Origin: an uncultured Bacteroidales bacterium
GTDB taxonomy: Bacteria; Bacteroidota; Bacteroidia; Bacteroidales; UBA7960
DNA length: 64,000 nt
Assembly (NCBI GenBank): GCA_964477035.1
Contig: CAYZCW010000004.1
Coordinates: 59,882-123,881, forward strand
Direction of reading: 5' to 3'
Shown: one piece after another, positions 17,826 to 27,038 of the stretch
Layout of the letters: each line of letters opens with the position of its first letter
Position numbering within the stretch: the first letter of the stretch is position 1
Made by a program: the position numbers and the translations under genes
Notes under the pieces: model-generated
Databases searched by the model: none
What the model was told of the DNA's origin: nothing
Seen by the model: only the letters and a program-made list of their open reading frames with translations

Positions 17826-20701
17826 GGGCCCGGTGGATCCCATCGGCTCTGCTGGCCTGCCTGCTGCTGTCAGCCCTTCCCGCCGGGGCCCAGTATTTTA
17901 TCTGGGGACACGACCCGGCCTCCCTGCGCTGGCAGCAAATCCACACCCCCCATTTCCAGCTGATCTTTCCCGAGAACTACGCCCGCGAGGCCGCTTACCT
18001 GGCGGATTTGCTGGAGTACGTCTACGGGCCGGGCAGCGAGAGCCTGGGGCACCGGCCCCGCAAGGTGCCGGTCATCATTCACAACCAGACGGTGGTGTCG
18101 AACGGTTTTGTGAGCTGGGCGCCGGCCCGCATGGAGCTGTTCACCAATCCCCCGGCCGACAACGACGTGGCCGGCTGGCTCGAAAGCCTCGCGGTGCATG
18201 AATTTCGCCATGTCGTGCAGGTCGACAAGCTCAACCGGGGCATCACCCGGGTGCTGTCGTCCGTTTTCGGGCAGCATGTCACCGGGCTTTTCGTCGGATT
18301 GTTCTACCCGCTCTGGCTGCTGGAAGGGGATGCCGTCGTCATGGAGACGGTCCTGACGCACGGAGGGCGGGGGCGCCTTCCCGCCTTCGAACAGGGACTG
18401 CGCGCCCTGGTCCTGGAGAAGGGGATCCCCTCCATCGACAAGGCGGTGCTGGGTTCGCTGCGCGAGCATGTCCCCAACCACTATGAGCTGGGCTACCAGC
18501 TGGTGGCCGGGGCGAGGGTCATGCACGGGGCGGATGTGTGGGACAAGGCGCTCGACCATGTGGCAAGGCGGCCCTATACGGTCACCCCGCTGACCTTCGG
18601 ACTGAAACGGCATGCCGGGGTGAACCGCAAGCAGCTGTACCACCAGACCCTGGAGGCCCTGGAGGAAGGCTGGACCAGGCAGCTTGAGGAGGAGACATAC
18701 ACCCCATTTGAGACGCGCAACAGAAAGGAGCGCCTGTTTACCAGCTACCGGGAGGCGGCCTTTCTGAACGACAGCACCCTGATGGCGCTGAAAACCGGGC
18801 TGGCAGACATCCCCCGGGTGGTGGCCATCGGACCGGACGGCAGGGAGCGGCGGTTGTTCACCCCCGGCTTCTACCAGGTCCCCCATTTTTCGACCAACGG
18901 CCAGACGGTGGCCTGGGCCGAGCTGCGCCCCGATCCGCGCTGGGAGCACCGAAGCTGGTCGGAGGTGCATCTGTACGACCTGGAGACGGGACAGAAGCGG
19001 CGGCTCACCCGGCAGTCGCGTTACTTTGCTCCCGCCCTGTCGCCCGACGGCAGCATGGTGGCCGTGGTGGAAACGACCGACCGCAACCGCTGCTTCCTGA
19101 TGGTGCTGGACGCCACAGACGGCCGGCCCATCCGTCGATACGCCCCGGAAGACAACGACTTTCTGATGACGCCCGCCTGGCATCCCCACGACCACAGCCT
19201 CGTAGCGGTGGCTCAGGGGGAGGGCGGAAAGAGGCTGGTGCTGGCTGACGAGCAGACCGGGGGCTTCACGACCCTGCTTGATGCCGGCCATACGGAGGTC
19301 TCCCGGCCGCGCTTCCAGTCCGACGGCAGTCTCTGGTTCAACGGGGCCTTCTCGGGCATCGACAATGTGTACCGGCTCGATCCGGAAACCGGGGAGGTGA
19401 ACCGCCTGCTGTCCTCCCGCTTCGGGGCCCTCGACGCGGTCCTTTCGCCCGGAGGCGATCAGGTGGCCTGGTCGGATTATTCGTCGGATGGGTACCGCCT
19501 GGCCGTGGCACCGCTTTCCGCTGCGGGCAAGCAGCCACTGGAGCGGGTGGAAGACCATTCCATGGGTTGGTACCGCATCCTGGCCTCGCAGGAACAAGGG
19601 ATGGTCAGCCGCAGCCTGGTGCCCCGCAGGGAATACCTTACCCTTCCATACAGCAAGGCCGCCAACCTGTTGAACTTTCATAGCTGGGGCCCCTTTTCAT
19701 TGGATGTCGACAACCGGGAGGTCATGCCGGGGGTGTCCGTCTCCTCCCAGAACCTGCTGGGTACCGCGGTGGGCACCCTGGGCTGGGAGTACGACCTGAA
19801 CGAGGAACTGGGCCGCTGGTTTGTCCGCTTCAGTTATTACGGCCTGTACCCGGTGCTCGACCTGCAGGTGGAGACGGGGCCGCGGCGTTCCTATTACCGG
19901 CAGGGGGAGGGGGCGCCCCGGCCGTTTTTATGGCAGGAGAATACCCTCCGCCTGGGGGCCAGCGTGCCGCTGAGCTTCCGCAAAGGACCTGTTTTCATGG
20001 GGCTGACGCCTGCCCTGCGCACCTCCCTGCTGCAGGCGCGGCAAGGTACGGACACGCCTTCTTTTTTCGAGGACAACAGCATGCAGACCCTGGAGTACCG
20101 CCTTATGGCCTATTGGCAGCTTCGAACGGTGGCCCGCGATGTGCGGCCCGCCTGGGGACAGTCGGTCGATTTGCAATTCAGGCATACCCCATTCGCCGTG
20201 GAAGGCATGGGCTGGATCGGCGCCGGACGGCTCAGCGGGTTTATTCCGGGGCTTGCACGGCACCACAGCCTCCGTTATTCGCTGGCCTTTCAGAAACGGG
20301 AGCCCGGGGAGGTGCAGCCCAATACCATCAATTATTCGTTTCCGGGACTGATCGCCTATCCCCGGGGCATTACCGGTCAGCGCGACCGGGAGGTGCTCAT
20401 GCTGTCGGCCGATTATGCCCTGCCCCTGATGTATCCCGACTGGAACCTGAGCGGGTGGTTTTACCTGAAAAAGGTGTCGGCCACCGCGTTTGTGGACCAT
20501 GCCAGGGTGCGCAACCCGCTGAAGGAGGAAGAGCCAGGCGGGCCCTGGGCAGCCGGAAGGCTGACCACCAGCGGCCTGGAGCTGTTGGGCCACATGCACC
20601 TGCTGCGGTTTTTCTCGCCTGTCAACCTGGGGGTGCGGGCCTGGTACCGTCATGATACGCAGACCACAGGCTGGGAGCTGCTGGGCAGCATCAACCTGTA
20701 G
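17822..20701 (+). CDS. secreted/outer-membrane protein, function unknown: HEFRH metallopeptidase-like N-domain, TolB-like beta-propeller repeats, predicted C-terminal beta-rich region
   Basis: Signal peptide MRARWIPSALLACLLLSALPAGAQ. LAVHEFRHVVQ motif. PD40-like repeats (ALSPDGSMVAVVE, PRFQSDGSLWF, VLSPGGDQVAWSDY). The C-terminal 330 aa have an alternating-hydrophobic pattern. ATGA overlap with the rluA-family stop. Confidence 0.6.
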   Translation: MRARWIPSALLACLLLSALPAGAQYFIWGHDPASLRWQQIHTPHFQLIFPENYAREAAYLADLLEYVYGPGSESLGHRPRKVPVIIHNQTVVSNGFVSWAPARMELFTNPPADNDVAGWLESLAVHEFRHVVQVDKLNRGITRVLSSVFGQHVTGLFVGLFYPLWLLEGDAVVMETVLTHGGRGRLPAFEQGLRALVLEKGIPSIDKAVLGSLREHVPNHYELGYQLVAGARVMHGADVWDKALDHVARRPYTVTPLTFGLKRHAGVNRKQLYHQTLEALEEGWTRQLEEETYTPFETRNRKERLFTSYREAAFLNDSTLMALKTGLADIPRVVAIGPDGRERRLFTPGFYQVPHFSTNGQTVAWAELRPDPRWEHRSWSEVHLYDLETGQKRRLTRQSRYFAPALSPDGSMVAVVETTDRNRCFLMVLDATDGRPIRRYAPEDNDFLMTPAWHPHDHSLVAVAQGEGGKRLVLADEQTGGFTTLLDAGHTEVSRPRFQSDGSLWFNGAFSGIDNVYRLDPETGEVNRLLSSRFGALDAVLSPGGDQVAWSDYSSDGYRLAVAPLSAAGKQPLERVEDHSMGWYRILASQEQGMVSRSLVPRREYLTLPYSKAANLLNFHSWGPFSLDVDNREVMPGVSVSSQNLLGTAVGTLGWEYDLNEELGRWFVRFSYYGLYPVLDLQVETGPRRSYYRQGEGAPRPFLWQENTLRLGASVPLSFRKGPVFMGLTPALRTSLLQARQGTDTPSFFEDNSMQTLEYRLMAYWQLRTVARDVRPAWGQSVDLQFRHTPFAVEGMGWIGAGRLSGFIPGLARHHSLRYSLAFQKREPGEVQPNTINYSFPGLIAYPRGITGQRDREVLMLSADYALPLMYPDWNLSGWFYLKKVSATAFVDHARVRNPLKEEEPGGPWAAGRLTTSGLELLGHMHLLRFFSPVNLGVRAWYRHDTQTTGWELLGSINL

Positions 20702-20721
20702 CCGGCGCTTCGGGGCGCCGG
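20702..20721. terminator. GC-rich hairpin between convergent genes (no U tract)
   Basis: CCGGCGC-ttcggg-GCGCCGG immediately after the TAG of the 17822-20701 gene. Lacks a T run on the + strand. Confidence 0.3.
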
Positions 20722-20745
20722 ACCCATCCGACGAAAAAACCAGGC

Positions 20746-21288
20746 CTAGAACGGGTTGTCGAAATCCTTGAATAAGGGGGCGTTTCGGTCCTTGTCAGAC
20801 AAATGCGGATCCTCCGTTCCCCAGTCGATGCCCAGGGCAGGGTCGTTCCAGCGGATGACGCGGTCGGACGGGCCGTGGTAGGCGGCGGTGCATTTGTAGG
20901 AGAACACCGTGCCGTGCTCCAGGGAGCGGAATCCGTGGGCGAAGCCCGGCGGGATGTACAGCAGGCGGTTCCCGGCTGCCGACAGCACGAGGCTGTAATG
21001 CCGGCCGAAGGTGGGCTGGTCCTTGCGGAGGTCCAGGGCGATGTCCAGCACCGAACCATGGACCACCCGGACCAGCTTGCCCTGCTGGTGCGGGGGAAGC
21101 TGCACATGCAGGCCTCGCAGCACGTCCCTTGCGGACACCGACTGGTTGTCCTGTACATAGCGGTGAAACAGCCCGGCGGCCGCAAAGGCCTCCTTGTTCC
21201 AGGTCTCCACGAAGGTCCCCCGGCTGTCCCGGAAAACCCGGGGTTCAATGAGCAGCAGGCCCTCGAAAGGGGTCGGGATGATTTCCAT
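20746..21288 (-). CDS. rfbC: dTDP-4-dehydrorhamnose 3,5-epimerase
   Basis: MEIIPTPFEGLLLIEPRVFRDSRGTFVETWN...LRGLH.Q....QGKLVRVV.G.V.D+ALDLR is classic RmlC. Confidence 0.93.
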   Translation of the reverse strand: MEIIPTPFEGLLLIEPRVFRDSRGTFVETWNKEAFAAAGLFHRYVQDNQSVSARDVLRGLHVQLPPHQQGKLVRVVHGSVLDIALDLRKDQPTFGRHYSLVLSAAGNRLLYIPPGFAHGFRSLEHGTVFSYKCTAAYHGPSDRVIRWNDPALGIDWGTEDPHLSDKDRNAPLFKDFDNPF

Positions 21289-21307
21289 GGGAACCTTCAG
21301 GTTGTTG

Positions 21308-22699
21308 CTAAATATGGATCACCTCTCCATAGGCGGCCGCGACCGCCTCCATCACCGCCTCCGACATGGTGGGGTGGGGGTGGACCGCCTTGAGAAGTTC
21401 GTGGCCGGTGGTTTCCAGCTTGCGCGCCACGACGGCCTCGGCGATCATCTCGGTGACATTGGCACCGATCATGTGGACCCCGAGCAGTTCCCCGTATTTG
21501 GCATCGAAGATGACCTTTACGAAGCCGTCCTTGCTGCCGGCCGCACTGGCCTTGCCAGAGGCCGTGAAGGGGAATTTGCCCACTTTCAGTTCATAGCCGG
21601 CCTCTTTGGCCGCCTTTTCGGTATAGCCGACCGAGGCCACCTCGGGCGAGGTGTAGGTGCATCCGGGGATGTTGTTGTAATCCAGCGGTTCGGGATGGTG
21701 GCCGGCGATTTTTTCCACGCAGATGATGCCTTCGGCTGAGGCCACATGGGCCAGGGCCTGTCCGGGAACCACGTCCCCGATGGCATAATAGCCTTCCACA
21801 TTGGTACGGTAGAACTGGTCCACGGCAATCTTGCCCTTGTCGGTTTTGATGCCGGTTTCCTCCAGTCCGATGTCCTCTGTGTTGGGGGTGATCCCCACCG
21901 CCGACAACACGATGTCCGCCTCGATGGTCTCTTCGCCCTTGGGCGTCTTCACCAGCACCTTGCACTTGTCCCCGCTGGTGTCGACCTTTTCGACCGAGCT
22001 GGAGGTCATGACCTTCATTTTGGCCTTTTTAAAGGACCGTTCCAGCTGTTTTGACACCTCCTCGTCCTCCAGCGGAACCAGGGCCGGCATGTATTCCACC
22101 AGGGTGACCTGGGTGCCGATGGCATTGTAGAAATAAGCGAACTCCGAGCCGATGGCGCCGGAGCCGACCACCACCATGGATTCCGGCTGTTTGTCCAGGG
22201 TCATGGCCTGGCGGTAGCCGATGATCTTTTTGCCGTCCTGGGGCAGGCTGTCGAGCTGACGGCTTCGTGCCCCGGTGGCGATGATGATGTGTTTGGCTGT
22301 CAGGGTGGTGGTCTTGCCGTCCTCTCCCTCGACCACGACCTTCTTGCCCGGGGCCAGCCTGCCATGGCCGATGACGACCTCTATCTTGTTCTTTTTGAAC
22401 AGGAACTGTATGCCTTTGCTCATGCCGGCAGCCACATCCCGGCTGCGTTTTACCATGGCCGGCAGGTCGGCCTCCGGCGTTCCCTTGACGGACACTCCGT
22501 AGTCGCCGGCGTGTTGCAGGTATTCGAACACCTGGGCGCTTTTTAGCAGGGCCTTGGTGGGGATACAGCCCCAGTTGAGGCAGACGCCCCCGAGTTCGGC
22601 CTTTTCCACCACGCCGACTTTCATGCCCAGCTGGGAGGCCCTGATGGCGGCAACATATCCCCCGGGACCGCTGCCCAAAACGATCAGATCATAATCCAT
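21308..22699 (-). CDS. lpdA: dihydrolipoyl dehydrogenase
   Basis: MDYDLIVLGSGPGGYVAAIRASQLG...GGVCLNWGCIPTK redox disulfide; C-terminal HPHPTMSE dimerisation motif. Confidence 0.95.
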   Translation of the reverse strand: MDYDLIVLGSGPGGYVAAIRASQLGMKVGVVEKAELGGVCLNWGCIPTKALLKSAQVFEYLQHAGDYGVSVKGTPEADLPAMVKRSRDVAAGMSKGIQFLFKKNKIEVVIGHGRLAPGKKVVVEGEDGKTTTLTAKHIIIATGARSRQLDSLPQDGKKIIGYRQAMTLDKQPESMVVVGSGAIGSEFAYFYNAIGTQVTLVEYMPALVPLEDEEVSKQLERSFKKAKMKVMTSSSVEKVDTSGDKCKVLVKTPKGEETIEADIVLSAVGITPNTEDIGLEETGIKTDKGKIAVDQFYRTNVEGYYAIGDVVPGQALAHVASAEGIICVEKIAGHHPEPLDYNNIPGCTYTSPEVASVGYTEKAAKEAGYELKVGKFPFTASGKASAAGSKDGFVKVIFDAKYGELLGVHMIGANVTEMIAEAVVARKLETTGHELLKAVHPHPTMSEAVMEAVAAAYGEVIHI

Positions 22700-22743
22700 A
22701 CGGTATACTTTATTGGGTTAAGGTTTTTGCTACACGAATGTAC

Positions 22744-22782
22744 AAAAAAAACGGGGTCTTCCCACCGGGCAGACTGATCCCC
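22744..22782 (-). terminator. intrinsic terminator after the GGGPS-like gene
   Basis: Minus-strand RNA ggggaucaGUCUgCCCgguGGGaAGACcccg followed by a run of 8 U. It starts right after the TAA stop. Confidence 0.6.
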
Positions 22783-23526
22783 TTACTCGTTGATGGCTTT
22801 CCTGGCTTCCCCCATCTCAAGGATGACATCTGGATGGGTCTCTGCTGCATTCCCGATGACCACGACATCGGCTCCCGCGTCCCACACCTCCAGGGCGGCC
22901 TCCGGAGTGCGGATTCCGCCGCCTACCACCAGGGGGACCTGGATGTTTTGCCGCACTGCGCGGACCATCTCCATGGGGATGTTCTGGATGGCGCCGCTGC
23001 CGGCATCCATGAAGATCAGCTGCAGCCCGAGCATTTCTCCTGCCATGGCGGTGCAGACCGCGATGTCTGTCTTGTCGAACGGGATGGGCAGGGTGTTGCT
23101 CATGTACAGCACGGAAGTGATTTTGCCGCTTTCCACCAGGATGTAGCCCGTGGGGATGACCTCCAAACCACTGTTGCGGATCAGGGGTGCTGCCACGACA
23201 TGGTTCCCGATCAGCATCTCCGGGTTGCGGCCCGAAATGAGCGATAAAAGGAGCAGGGCATCGGCATTGTCCACCACCTGCAGGATGTTTCCCGGGAAGA
23301 TGATGACCGGCAGCCCGCAGACAGACTTCAGCTCATCGATGCAGAGCTTCATGTTGTCCCGGGTGAGCAGGCTGCCTCCGACAAACAGGTAGTCGGCTCC
23401 TGACTGGCCTGCAATGGAGGCCGTCTCCCTGAGGCTGGCCCGGGTGCTCTTATCCGGGTCGATCAGGATGGCCAGCTGTTTCTTGCCCTCGATGGTGTTC
23501 TTTTCTATCCGGTCAAATACCTCCAT
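22783..23526 (-). CDS. geranylgeranylglyceryl/heptaprenylglyceryl phosphate synthase family protein (PcrB/GGGPS-like)
   Basis: 247 aa TIM-barrel pattern ...ADYLFVGGS...PVIIFPGN...LLLLSLISGRNP...FMDAGSGA...PLVVGGGIRT... typical of the GGGPS family. Confidence 0.85.
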   Translation of the reverse strand: MEVFDRIEKNTIEGKKQLAILIDPDKSTRASLRETASIAGQSGADYLFVGGSLLTRDNMKLCIDELKSVCGLPVIIFPGNILQVVDNADALLLLSLISGRNPEMLIGNHVVAAPLIRNSGLEVIPTGYILVESGKITSVLYMSNTLPIPFDKTDIAVCTAMAGEMLGLQLIFMDAGSGAIQNIPMEMVRAVRQNIQVPLVVGGGIRTPEAALEVWDAGADVVVIGNAAETHPDVILEMGEARKAINE

Positions 23527-23571
23527 ACCTATCAGGATTTGGTGAACCCGCGCCGGCCCGGGACCGGGCCT

Positions 23572-24213
23572 TTAGTTGTCCACGGCGTATACGAGAATAT
23601 AGTCGTTGATGGTTTCGTACTGGATCCGGTAGGATTTCTGGGCGCCGTTCCCGGAGATGATCTCTCCGAAAATACTGCCTTTGCCATGAAAATGGAAGGG
23701 GAAAATCCTGATGTGCTCCCTGAACAGCAAATCCCTTTTGCCGTAAAGCTTGTAGAGGGCCTCCTTGGCCGCCCAGATAAGGTACAGGCTTTCCTTGGCG
23801 TTCATGGAGAAAACCTGGGTCAACTCCCTGTCGTTCAAGAACTTATGCGATACCTTGAAGATTTTTGGATGCATCTGTTCGATGTCGATGCCGACATTTT
23901 TTGACGGACTGGCAATCAGGGCGGAGAATTTGCCTGAATGGGCCACGGAGATATGCCGGACCCCGTTGTTCAGGTGGGGCTTGCCGTATTCGTCGTATTC
24001 GATGGTGCTCAACTCTCCCTGCCGGATCAGGTATGGAAGGATCAGCCGGTAGCTCAGCCAGTGTTGCTGGCGAAGGGGGGATTTCAGGCAGGAGAAGTAT
24101 TCTTTTTCCTGGTCAGAAAGGGTCACCTGCGCATACAAATCCTCCACCGATTCGCTGATCTCCCACACCCCGATCGCTGCATCCCTGGTGAATCTTTTCA
24201 GGAAGAGGCTCAT
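23572..24213 (-). CDS. 4'-phosphopantetheinyl transferase (Sfp-type)
   Basis: ...HISVAHSGKFSALIAS...VGIDIEQM...FSMNAKESLYLIWAAKEALYK motifs. Confidence 0.8.
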   Translation of the reverse strand: MSLFLKRFTRDAAIGVWEISESVEDLYAQVTLSDQEKEYFSCLKSPLRQQHWLSYRLILPYLIRQGELSTIEYDEYGKPHLNNGVRHISVAHSGKFSALIASPSKNVGIDIEQMHPKIFKVSHKFLNDRELTQVFSMNAKESLYLIWAAKEALYKLYGKRDLLFREHIRIFPFHFHGKGSIFGEIISGNGAQKSYRIQYETINDYILVYAVDN

Positions 24214-24244
24214 TCGATGTTGTTTTTAACCCATCAGAATGTGT

Positions 24245-24252
24245 TATCTTTG
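24245..24252 (+). promoter_or_regulatory. -7 box TATCTTTG upstream of ahcY
   Basis: Exact TAnnTTTG 32 nt upstream of ATG 24284. Confidence 0.45.
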
Positions 24253-24260
24253 CAAAAGTA
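24253..24260 (-). promoter_or_regulatory. -7 box TACTTTTG (minus strand) upstream of the PPTase gene
   Basis: The plus strand reads CAAAAGTA, directly abutting the ahcY box, 40 nt upstream of ATG 24213. Confidence 0.4.
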
Positions 24261-24283
24261 TGAATAATAAAGCAAAGTTCTGA

Positions 24284-25705
24284 ATGAAAGACCTCGTGCA
24301 AGAGAAACAACTCCTTTATAAGGTCAGGGATATCTCCCTGGCGGAATTTGGCAGAAAGGAAATCGAGATAGCCGAAAAGGAAATGCCCGGGCTGATGGCC
24401 CTGCGTGAAAAGTACGGCCGGGAGAAGCCCCTGTTGGGGGCCCGCATTACCGGCTCACTCCATATGACGGTTCAGACCGCGGTGCTGATCGAGACCCTGA
24501 CCGCCCTGGGAGCGGAAGTGCGGTGGGCCAGCTGCAACATATTCTCGACCCAGGATCATGCCGCTGCGGCCATTGCCCGGGCCGGCATCGCGGTTTTCGC
24601 CTGGAAGGGTGAAACCCTGGAGGAATACTGGTGGTGCACCAACCAGGCGCTGACCTTTCCCGGGGGCAAGGGGCCCCACCTGATCGTGGATGACGGGGGG
24701 GATGCCACCCTCTTGCTTCATAAGGGCTACCAGGCCGAGGACGACCCTGCTGTGGCTGACAAAAAGCCCGGGAGCCGCGAGGAAGCGGTTGTACTGAACC
24801 TGATCCGGGAGTTGCTGCGGGAAGACCACGGACGCTGGCACCGCATGGTGGAGGACCTCCGTGGCATATCCGAAGAAACCACCACCGGGGTGCACCGCCT
24901 CTACCAGATGATGGAAACCGGGGAGCTGCTGGTTCCTGCCATCAATGTGAACGACTCCGTGACCAAGTCCAAGTTCGACAACCTGTATGGCTGCCGGGAA
25001 TCCCTGGCAGACGGCATCAAGCGGGCCACTGACGTGATGATTGCCGGCAAGGTGGTCGTGGTCTGCGGATACGGGGATGTGGGCAAGGGATGCGCCCGCT
25101 CCATGAGGGGGTATGGCGCCCGGGTCATCGTCACCGAGATCGATCCGATCTGTGCCCTGCAGGCCGCCATGGAGGGCTTCGAGGTGAAACCCCTGGAGGA
25201 GGCCCTGGACGAAGGCAATATTTTCGTGACGGCCACAGGCAACCGGGACGTGATCACCACGGAGCACATGAAGGGCATGAAGGACCAGGCCATTGTGTGC
25301 AACATCGGGCACTTCGACAACGAAATCCAGGTGGATCAGCTGGATGCCCTGCCCGGGGTGGAGAAAGTGACCATCAAACCCCAGGTCGACAAGTATGTAT
25401 TTTCCGACGGGCATGAGATCTTTCTGCTGGCAGAGGGACGGCTGGTGAACCTGGGCTGTGCCACGGGCCACCCCAGTTTTGTGATGAGCAACAGCTTCAC
25501 CAACCAGGTGCTTGCGCAGATGGACCTGTGGAAGAAACAATATGAGATCGGGGTGTACACCCTGCCCAAACACCTGGATGAGGAGGTGGCCAGGCTGCAC
25601 CTGGAGAAGATCGGGGTGAAGCTGACCCGGCTCACCGAAGAGCAGGCCGCTTACATCGGGGTGAAGACCACCGGCCCTTTCAAGCCGGACTACTACCGTT
25701 ACTGA
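24284..25705 (+). CDS. ahcY: adenosylhomocysteinase
   Basis: [30 protein letters not shown]...[10 protein letters not shown]...NIGHFDNEI... hallmark motifs; 473 aa. Confidence 0.97.
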   Translation: MKDLVQEKQLLYKVRDISLAEFGRKEIEIAEKEMPGLMALREKYGREKPLLGARITGSLHMTVQTAVLIETLTALGAEVRWASCNIFSTQDHAAAAIARAGIAVFAWKGETLEEYWWCTNQALTFPGGKGPHLIVDDGGDATLLLHKGYQAEDDPAVADKKPGSREEAVVLNLIRELLREDHGRWHRMVEDLRGISEETTTGVHRLYQMMETGELLVPAINVNDSVTKSKFDNLYGCRESLADGIKRATDVMIAGKVVVVCGYGDVGKGCARSMRGYGARVIVTEIDPICALQAAMEGFEVKPLEEALDEGNIFVTATGNRDVITTEHMKGMKDQAIVCNIGHFDNEIQVDQLDALPGVEKVTIKPQVDKYVFSDGHEIFLLAEGRLVNLGCATGHPSFVMSNSFTNQVLAQMDLWKKQYEIGVYTLPKHLDEEVARLHLEKIGVKLTRLTEEQAAYIGVKTTGPFKPDYYRY

Positions 25706-25744
25706 TCCCGTGACGGTCCCTTCACTCCCCCAAACCCCCTGCCC

Positions 25745-26167
25745 ATGAACAGAGTTTTCCGGGGCCTGGCCCTCTCGCTGCTGTTGCTGCTGCCGTTTTC
25801 CTGTGACAAGGAGAACCAGCATACCGTGCCCTATACCTATGTTGACTTCACCATCAATGTCGAGTCGACCATGCACATCGAGCTGAACGCGATCGGGGGA
25901 TGGGCCTATTACACGGGCGGATACCGGGGGATCATCATCTACCGGGCCTCCACCGATGAATTCATGGCCTTTGACAGGGCCTGTCCCTACCATCCTTTCG
26001 ATCCCGATGCCCTGGTCAGGGTTTTTGACCCACCCATCGCGGTGGACACCCTTTGCGGGTCCCAGTTCCTGTTGCTTGATGGCTCAGTGATCACCGGCCC
26101 GGCCAAGCATCCGCTGCGCAGGTACCAGACCTATTTTAATTATCCCTACCTCCAGGTAACCAACTAG
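25745..26167 (+). CDS. lipoprotein with degenerate Rieske-like fold, function unknown
   Basis: Lipoprotein signal LLLLLPFSC. The C-terminal half FDRACPYHPFD...LCGSQFLLLDGSVITGPAKHPLRRY resembles the Rieske CxH...CxxH...GPA pattern with ligands missing. Confidence 0.6.
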   Translation: MNRVFRGLALSLLLLLPFSCDKENQHTVPYTYVDFTINVESTMHIELNAIGGWAYYTGGYRGIIIYRASTDEFMAFDRACPYHPFDPDALVRVFDPPIAVDTLCGSQFLLLDGSVITGPAKHPLRRYQTYFNYPYLQVTN

Positions 26168-26185
26168 GGGCTGTGGGGACTGGAT

Positions 26186-26202
26186 TAAATTTGGTATATT
26201 TG
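26186..26202 (+). promoter_or_regulatory. two adjacent -7 boxes TAAATTTG and TATATTTG upstream of the 26263 gene
   Basis: Exact consensus matches at 26186-26193 and 26195-26202, 60-70 nt upstream of the ATG. Confidence 0.45.
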
Positions 26203-26262
26203 TGGGAGCAGCCCATGTAACTCCCGTGACAGGGCTGGCAAACCATCCGACAATCATTCGCC

Positions 26263-26829
26263 ATGGAAGAATTTTTTTATCTGATCCTGATCATCATCTG
26301 GTTGCTGGTTAGTTACTTCCAGCGCCAGAAGAAGGCCCGCGAAAAGGCTGCCTCCAGACCCGGCACGCAGCAGGAGCCTGCCCCGGCCCGGCCGCAGGAG
26401 GTGGACCTGGAGGATCTGCTGGAGGATTTTCTGGGGGGAAAGAAAAAGCAGCAGCCCATCCCCGGGCCGGAGCCGCAGATGCAGGAAGAGGCGGTGCTGG
26501 ACAGCGACGAGGGACGTAACTACGAATCCTGGGAATCTCAGGCCCAAAAGGATTATGACCGGAGCGAAAGGGGGTCAGGGGAATATGGCCAGGCGGCCGC
26601 TTTGGAGGAATACAAAGGCACTTCGGGTGTCGATGATGATTTCGAGTTTTCCACCGAGGGAAAGGTGGAAACCATCGAAGACCTGATCCGGTCGCACGCG
26701 GCACAGGATGCACGGGAGCAGGCCCTGGCCGAAGAAAAATACGAGGGGCAGGCCCACAAGGAAATTCCTGAGTTTGACCTGCGTACGGCCGTTATTTTTT
26801 CAGAGATCCTGAATAAAAAATACCATTGA
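26263..26829 (+). CDS. hypothetical membrane-anchored acidic protein
   Basis: N-terminal TM helix FFYLILIIIWLLVSYF, then a low-complexity acidic region. Two consensus -7 boxes lie upstream and an intrinsic terminator downstream. Confidence 0.55.
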   Translation: MEEFFYLILIIIWLLVSYFQRQKKAREKAASRPGTQQEPAPARPQEVDLEDLLEDFLGGKKKQQPIPGPEPQMQEEAVLDSDEGRNYESWESQAQKDYDRSERGSGEYGQAAALEEYKGTSGVDDDFEFSTEGKVETIEDLIRSHAAQDAREQALAEEKYEGQAHKEIPEFDLRTAVIFSEILNKKYH

Positions 26830-26906
26830 GTTTTTGTTGTTTATATTGAATTTATCCTTATTTTTGTTCAGTAAGTAAGAATCAGTATTGGTCCCGAGTC
26901 TTGATG

Positions 26907-26942
26907 CCTGGTTGTGGAATGCTCCATAATCAGGTGTTTTTT
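26907..26942 (+). terminator. intrinsic terminator downstream of the 26263-26829 gene, upstream of greA
   Basis: CCUGGUUGUGG-aaugcu-CCAUAAUCAGG (11-bp stem with two G-U pairs) followed by UGUUUUUU. Confidence 0.65.
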
Positions 26943-27038
26943 CTCTGCTCGGTCGGAATCATCGGATTGTTTTTTTGAATGTTGTTGTCAGTCTGGTTTG
27001 TTCAAGTCATACTGTCAGCAGTTTTTTTTTATGCAGCA

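Noticed and set aside
24214-24283. SAH riboswitch upstream of ahcY
   Set aside because: The gap is 70 nt and is occupied by two promoter boxes. The remaining leader is ~25 nt, too short for the aptamer.
26979-27038. Upstream start for greA at 26979
   Set aside because: It would add a hydrophobic 20-aa extension (MLLSVWFVQVILSAVFFYAA) absent from GreA proteins. MNEVKYF at 27039 matches the family N-terminus.
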